A stretch of DNA of 64,000 nt, taken from Octopus vulgaris. Its lineage: Eukaryota. The stretch spans positions 143,778,001-143,842,000 of the forward strand of contig OX597818.1 in NCBI GenBank assembly GCA_951406725.2, written 5' to 3'. The first letter of the stretch is position 1. Every line of letters starts with the position of its first letter. Positions 57,621 through 64,000 of the stretch are shown one piece after another. Below the pieces are notes generated by a model. It saw only the letters and a list, made by a program, of their open reading frames with translations. It did not search any database and had not been told where the DNA came from. Made by a program: the position numbers and the translations under genes.

Positions 57621-58254
57621 ACGTATATATATATGCGCTAACATACGCGCGTGCACGCAGGCATACGCATAAACACACACACACACACACACTCACACAC
57701 ATACGCGTGCATACACATACGCGTGCACACACACATACACACTCTCTCTCTCTCTCTTTCTCTCTCTCGCACACACACACATACACACAAACGCACACAT
57801 ATACACGCAGGAGCTCGCATACTACAGATAAGGTAGTCTCCGTTAATGCACTTGCACAGAAGTACAATTACTCACGTATATAAACATGCACACACACATA
57901 CACATATGTACGTATGCATATATGTATGTTATACACACTCTATATTTAATATACACTCACAGAAGAAGAGAATCATGTGCACGTTGCCAAACAGAAACTT
58001 ACACAAGTCGATATATACTTCACACATATACATTTACACACAAATTATTCAAATAAAATAATTAATATCACGAATAAAAATGCTTTTTGATTATACGGAA
58101 GTAAAAAATTTTAATTTCCTCACACTTGATAATTATAAACTCGATTGTTTTAAATTAGTGATAATTGAAAAATGGAACAAAAATACAAATTTCAGTTTTG
58201 TAATATCTAAGTTTCTTTGTGCAAGCAATTCACGTATGTTAATGCAATACACAG

Positions 58255-58363
<109 letters not shown>

Positions 58364-58501
58364 CGTGTGTTTGTGTCTGTAAACTTGCATGTATATCCAA
58401 AGTTTTGTTGGTATGCCTACAAGCAAATCACATGGATGCAATTTTAAGCATTAATATTTAGTAGTGTATTTTAGACGCAACCCAGTTATCATAATGTGTC
58501 C

Positions 58502-58624
<123 letters not shown>

Positions 58625-59559
58625 ATAACGTTTGTGTACATAATGCCAATTTATAAAATACACAAAAGAAAATGATAAAAAGACAAGATGTTAATCTGAA
58701 CAATAGCACGAGAAAGTTTCAACAAAGGGTGGACGAGAAAGGATAGATGGTTATTTGAGCTTGCGAGAATGAGACAGCGAGCAAGTGAGATGGCGGGAGA
58801 AAAACCGAAGTAAAACAAGAGAAGTTGAGATATGGAACACACAAATAAAAGAGAATAAATTGTAAGTTGATTAGTATGCAGATATATATATAAACACATA
58901 CATATATTCATACATGCATGTGTGTGTGTGTGTGTGTGTGTGCAACACACACACACACATATATATATATATTGTTCAGTTGTTTTCGTGAGAGAGAGAG
59001 GAAGAAGGAGAGAGATACAGTGAATGAGTTAGTGGGTGAAAGAGTTTAAGAGAGAACGTTTAAGAAAGAGCAGGTGAGAATGAGTTTAAAAGAGAGCAGG
59101 TGAGAAAAGAGAGAATGATTGAAAGAGAATGAAAGAACTTTATATCAAATGACAATATCATCTTCATCGCCAAGTTGCCATGATTTGATTTTATTTATTT
59201 ATTTATCGCGGCACATTTCAGAATGGCACATTTCAGAATGGCACAAAAGTTGTCTGTACGACATGAATAATGGCAATCATGACGACCATGACGACAACGA
59301 CAAGAAAGACAATGGCAAAAATGATGTTGGTTCTGAAGAGAATGGTGGTGCTGATGGGGGGGGGGAGGAGGAGGAGGAAATTTTAAGAATAAGAGTAGGG
59401 AGCAAAATGGAGGATAGTAATGGTAAAAGTTTCTTTATATTCTGATGTTGTTTCATATCGGGTTTATTTTGTTTCAGAGACGTTTCGGTTTGTAAGTAGC
59501 TGATATATAGAAGATGGAAATAATTTTAATTAATTAATTAATTAATTATTATTATTAAC

Positions 59560-59606
<47 letters not shown>

Positions 59607-59849
59607 TAATAATAATAATAATAATAATAATAAACATCACTAACATCATCATCGTTTAAGTAAAACCACTGAAGATGACTTTGCGATAGATTGGAGGAAA
59701 CGGGCGAAATGTTGAAGTTACTTCAGATCTTGCCTCAAACTGAATTTATAAATAACAATATCGATCGCTTTTATTGTTTATGACTTCGTTTGAAGTTCTT
59801 GCTAATTACGTTAATATTACTATTATTTTTTTTATTTGTTTGTTTGTTT

Positions 59850-60205
59850 GTTGTCACAGTTTAGCCCTGAATGAATTCACCGATGACCAAAAGCGTTCTA
59901 GCCGTGACTTTCCTATCTTTTATCCAGGACCACATTAACCAATGGCCCCTTTTCTTAAATCGGAAGGACATGTTTTTTTTTTTGGGGGGGGGTGGAGGTT
60001 TGGTTGTTATTTCTAACAGTTATGGCGATCGTGTAGAGACTAGCTCTCTCGTTGATTGTACAGAAGGCTTGCAACCTTTCAAGTGTTTCTAGAACATTAT
60101 CTAATGTATATTGTCCTTATTACTGTTGACAGTGTGTTATTTGATGGTGATCTGACTATTATTTCTAGTAAATCAGGCGACCACATAAGGCTCTCACGTT
60201 GGTTT
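59850..60205 (-). repeat. Family C repeat, one copy plus a tandem partial copy
   Basis: gtttagccctg...ttctagccgtgac...aggaccacattaaccaatg...ggtttggttgttatttctaac...gcgatcgtgtagagac, then a second acattatctaatgt...tatttctagtaaatcaggcgaccacataaggctc. Confidence 0.6.
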
Positions 60206-60629
60206 GTTGTTGTTGTTGTTGTTGTTACAGTGGTTTTGCTAGTTGTTGACAATAAACTCTAATTGTATTGGATATAATTGATGTCTGTCTAATTGTAGCT
60301 TGTTGTTTCTTTGTGTGTTTATTTTATATTAGCTTTTTAATAACTTTCTATTAAACTTGTGGCAATTAAAGAACAACATATTGTCATTATTATTATTATT
60401 ATTATTAAAAGAAATCATCAAAAGGTAAAACGAATCATTATTATTTACAAAAGAAATCATTATTAGTATTATTGCTGATATTCATTTGTTCAATTATAAT
60501 TGCTATTGTTTCTCTGTGACAGTTGTTATTCTTGTGGTTATTACTAGTGTAACTATTAACAACTATCATTGTCCTAATCATTAGGCTAACGAAAATCAGG
60601 ATGATATTATTACCGGGGATGTGTTAATT

Positions 60630-60885
60630 GTTGTTGTTGTTGTTTAGTCTAAGGTCTATTCTTATTGAGTAGATCTATTATCAAAGCTTGCCAACTGTGG
60701 CCATCCAGATGTTTTTTGTTTTGTTTTATTTTTCAGAGAGTTGTGTCTAAAATTATACTACCCAATATGTCCTTCCAACCCGTTTTTTTTTTCTTTTTTA
60801 TAATAGGATGTGTGATTTGAAATTTGGTTAATATTTCTAGTAGGTCACTCGATCACGTAAAGGTTGTCTCATTGGCTTGTTGATG
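60630..60885 (-). repeat. Family C repeat
   Basis: gttgttgtttagtctaaggtc...tcaaagcttgccaactgtggccatcc...ccaatatgtcc...gtgtgatttga...tatttctagtaggtcactcgatcacgtaaagg. Confidence 0.6.
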
Positions 60886-61989
60886 TTGTTGCTGCTACTG
60901 TCGTTGTAATTGCTGTTGATATTGCTTGTATTGTTGTTGCAACTCTGTACTGTTAATGATGATGCTGATATTATTGTTTGTCTTTTCCTAAGTATCCCTG
61001 CTCGTGCGTCAGTAGTTTTATTGCTGCCATTGTCGTTACTGTTAAAGTTAATTTTAGTATTTATCACTAATGATATCACTTATCAACGTTGCTGTTATGG
61101 TTGTCTATTTGCAAATTCTATTTTTCTGTTGAAAGTTTAACATGAAGCTCACAACGACGATTATATCGACAATGATGATGGTAAGGAGGAGGAGGAAGAA
61201 GAGGAGGAGGAGGAGGAGGAGGAGGAAAATAAAGAGTAAGAGGAAGAGGATTAAGAGAAAAACATTGTTAATATTGTTGATGCTTTTACCTTTATTTTTT
61301 TTTTTTGTCTTAATTGTGAATTGTCATAATTCGTTAGAATGACATTACCATGTCACAGACAATTGATAGTTTGCATGCAGCGAAGACATAGCAAAATCCA
61401 GACAACTGCCACAACAAAAAATTAAATGAAGTTATCTAAATACGTTTAACTAACATCTTAATGACTTCAAGTTTATTTGACGTTTATGAAAAGTTTATTG
61501 AACGCTTTAATGATGAATTAGAAGGAATATCTAAGCAAACAATTCTTACGAATTCGGCGAAGACACATTAATATGAGTGAGCACATGTTCTTGAGCATGG
61601 CTACGTCCATGTAATAAAATCTGACAATAAATCTGAATTTGGCTGTGAATATGCATATTTGTACGAGTGTGTTAGTGTGTATGTTTATGTAACTGGGCAT
61701 ATGTAAGTGAATGTGTAAAAATCACTGTTTGCAAATATATGGGTAGGTTATTGTGAATATGTCACAGAACGGGTGTATATGCATGCGTTGACAGTGTATG
61801 TTAAGAGGGAGTTCATGTGACAGTGAGTGCGAACGTGTGTGTAAGTACGAAAAATGTTTTGTGACCGTATGAGTATACCTACATGACATTGAACGTAAGT
61901 ATGTTTGTGCGTGTGCATCTGTATGTGTTCGTGCGTGTGTCTGTCTGTCTGTCTGTCTGTGTCACTCTGTGTCTGTGTGTGTGTTTGTA

Positions 61990-62068
<79 letters not shown>

Positions 62069-63369
62069 AAGAGAGAGAGAAAGAAAGTGCGTGTGTCTGT
62101 GTGTCTGTGACTATGCTAGACAATCGTGTACGAATTGGTGTGTTTATGTACGTCAACCTATCTAATGTCATACAACAAATATTGATTAGTGTCCTGAAAT
62201 AGTCGCTACAAGACAGGATTCAGTTAAATAATACAACCAAATATACACTTGCAGTAGGTGTGTATGTCCATGTATCCATATATGCGAGCGTGTGTTAGTT
62301 TTATTCGTCTAAGGATGAGTTGTATGTGTATGTCAACGTGTTCTTGTATGCTAACAAACACGTTTTTGTATATATGAGTGTGCATCATTATCTATGCATT
62401 CGTATGTACCGTGCGCACATATACATATACTTATGCAAATGCACACTCCTTCGACAGTATACACACAAAGAGATGGAAATGTACGTTTACAACCAAGCTT
62501 ACTCATGCATATTAACCCACCCACAGATGAGTACATATTCATACACATGAGAAAACGTGCATGGAGCATGTAGCTGTAATATGTGTAAACATGTATACCA
62601 CCAAAAGTGGAAAAGGGAGAAGAGAGAAGAGACAACATTTTTACTATAATTCAAATAAATACTCGATAAGGGAATTAACAAAAAGAAAAGAGAAGAATGT
62701 TATTTGAAAATCTTAGAACTAGTTTATTCTGAGACTGGGGAACAGACTCAACTGTGAGAATTAGAAAATTAAGCTTAAAAACAACACCTATGGGTTGTTT
62801 ACAAGGAGGCTTTATGACATGGTATGTGATTCAGGTATTTTACAAGAGTAGTAGCGACAAAGAAATGTTTTTCAGATGCCCTGATGACTCTGCTAATCCA
62901 CTTCAGGCGCAAGAGCTCACATTTAGAGAAAAGGAGAAATAAGATTGTGTAATGTTCATGACTTTCTTAAGGACAAAGTGACAGTAATTATTCATTCCAA
63001 TTAATAATGATAATTTCTTTTAATAAGCCACATGGAATGTTTTGTAGTTATGGTAATACATACAACTTTCGTATACATACATACATACATACATACATAC
63101 ATACATACATACATACATACATACATACATACATACATACACGCATATATGCATACATAAATACATACATATATACAAACATACATGCATACGTATGTAC
63201 ACATGTTTGTATATGTGTATGCCTTTACTTTGGTTTCTAAAATAAAGACAGAAGCTCGCTCCAAGCTAGAATTTGAATAACAACAGCGATTATTGTTACA
63301 TAATGAACTTTAGAAAAGTCTAGCATATTTTTACTGTTCCACTTGCGGGTTATGTCTATAAAGTGTTAG

Positions 63370-63585
63370 GTGTTGTCTTTACTTGAAAAGCTAAGCTTTT
63401 CCAGATTGTAACTTAGATATTTACTAACGTAAATTTATAAACAGGGCAGAGAAGCTGCATACTTCAAAACAGTTGTCCATAAGACTATCATGGTTTTCTT
63501 TACTGTCAGGAATAACTATATCAAGCTTTGTTACGTTTGCCCTTGAAGTTTTGATGGGAATGTTACAGGGAATTCCTTGTCTTGA
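63370..63585 (-). mobile_element. Decayed RLE endonuclease remnant of an R4-like LINE
   Basis: IPCNIPIKTSRANVTKLDIVIPDSKENHDSLMD resembles the WDxPIxTDxxIxANxPDIVIxDxKExxCxLID motif. An EKLS-like segment lies further 3'. Confidence 0.45.
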
Positions 63586-64000
63586 TATGTATGTATTATA
63601 AGTGTCTGTGTATGCCTGTATGTATGAATGTATGTATGCGTGCATCTATTTATGAATGTATTAATGGTTCTCGTTTTGACAACTCCCAAAGAGAAGTATA
63701 ACAATTGTCGACTGCAAAAAGATTTAACACCAAGACGCCAGACTAATAACATAAAACAGAACCCATAATTTGCTACTGTCACGTTCTGCACGACTAGGCA
63801 TCCCATTAAAAACCATAAGGGTGGTGATTTCTTCCGCTATATATATTTTTTTATTATTTTATTTTTAATCTTGCTTTTTCGTTTTTTTATTTACCGGGAT
63901 GGAGATTAGCATTGTTTGTTGAATCAACACGGGAATATAATCGGTAAAATACCATTAATCCGCGAGACACCGTCGATGTTTCATATAATTCTCTATCGAT

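Noticed and set aside
59648-59705. CTGAAGA...GAAAC hammerhead-like motifs
   Set aside because: Stems I-III do not pair.
63725-63801. Minus-strand ATGCCT as possible SNAG start
   Set aside because: It translates as MPSRAERD...SWC*, with no SNAG motif.

Overview
AT-rich eukaryotic genomic DNA, extremely rich in microsatellites. The repeat families and simple-repeat load point to an octopus/coleoid cephalopod (inference, no database search). The only convincing host coding sequence is the terminal exon of a Scratch (Snail-superfamily C2H2) neural transcription factor on the minus strand (36080-35335). Its SNAG-encoding first exon is not visible in the window, implying an intron of at least ~28 kb. 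The rest is decayed mobile DNA: RLE-type (R4/Dong-like) LINE ends embedded in (CATA)n and (TAA)n tracts, an RTE LINE with a nested tRNA-SINE, mariner and Chapaev3-like DNA transposons, and several tRNA-SINE families (CORE-like, Meta-like). A ~21 kb TE-poor zone lies 3' of scratch. Almost all ORFs in the supplied track are translations of simple repeats. No novel multi-gene system is evident. The most interesting signals are a structured repeat carrying hammerhead-ribozyme core motifs, a pre-miRNA-like hairpin, a possible very long 3'UTR with neural miRNA sites, and an LQN[G/S/T] repeat insertion in Scratch.
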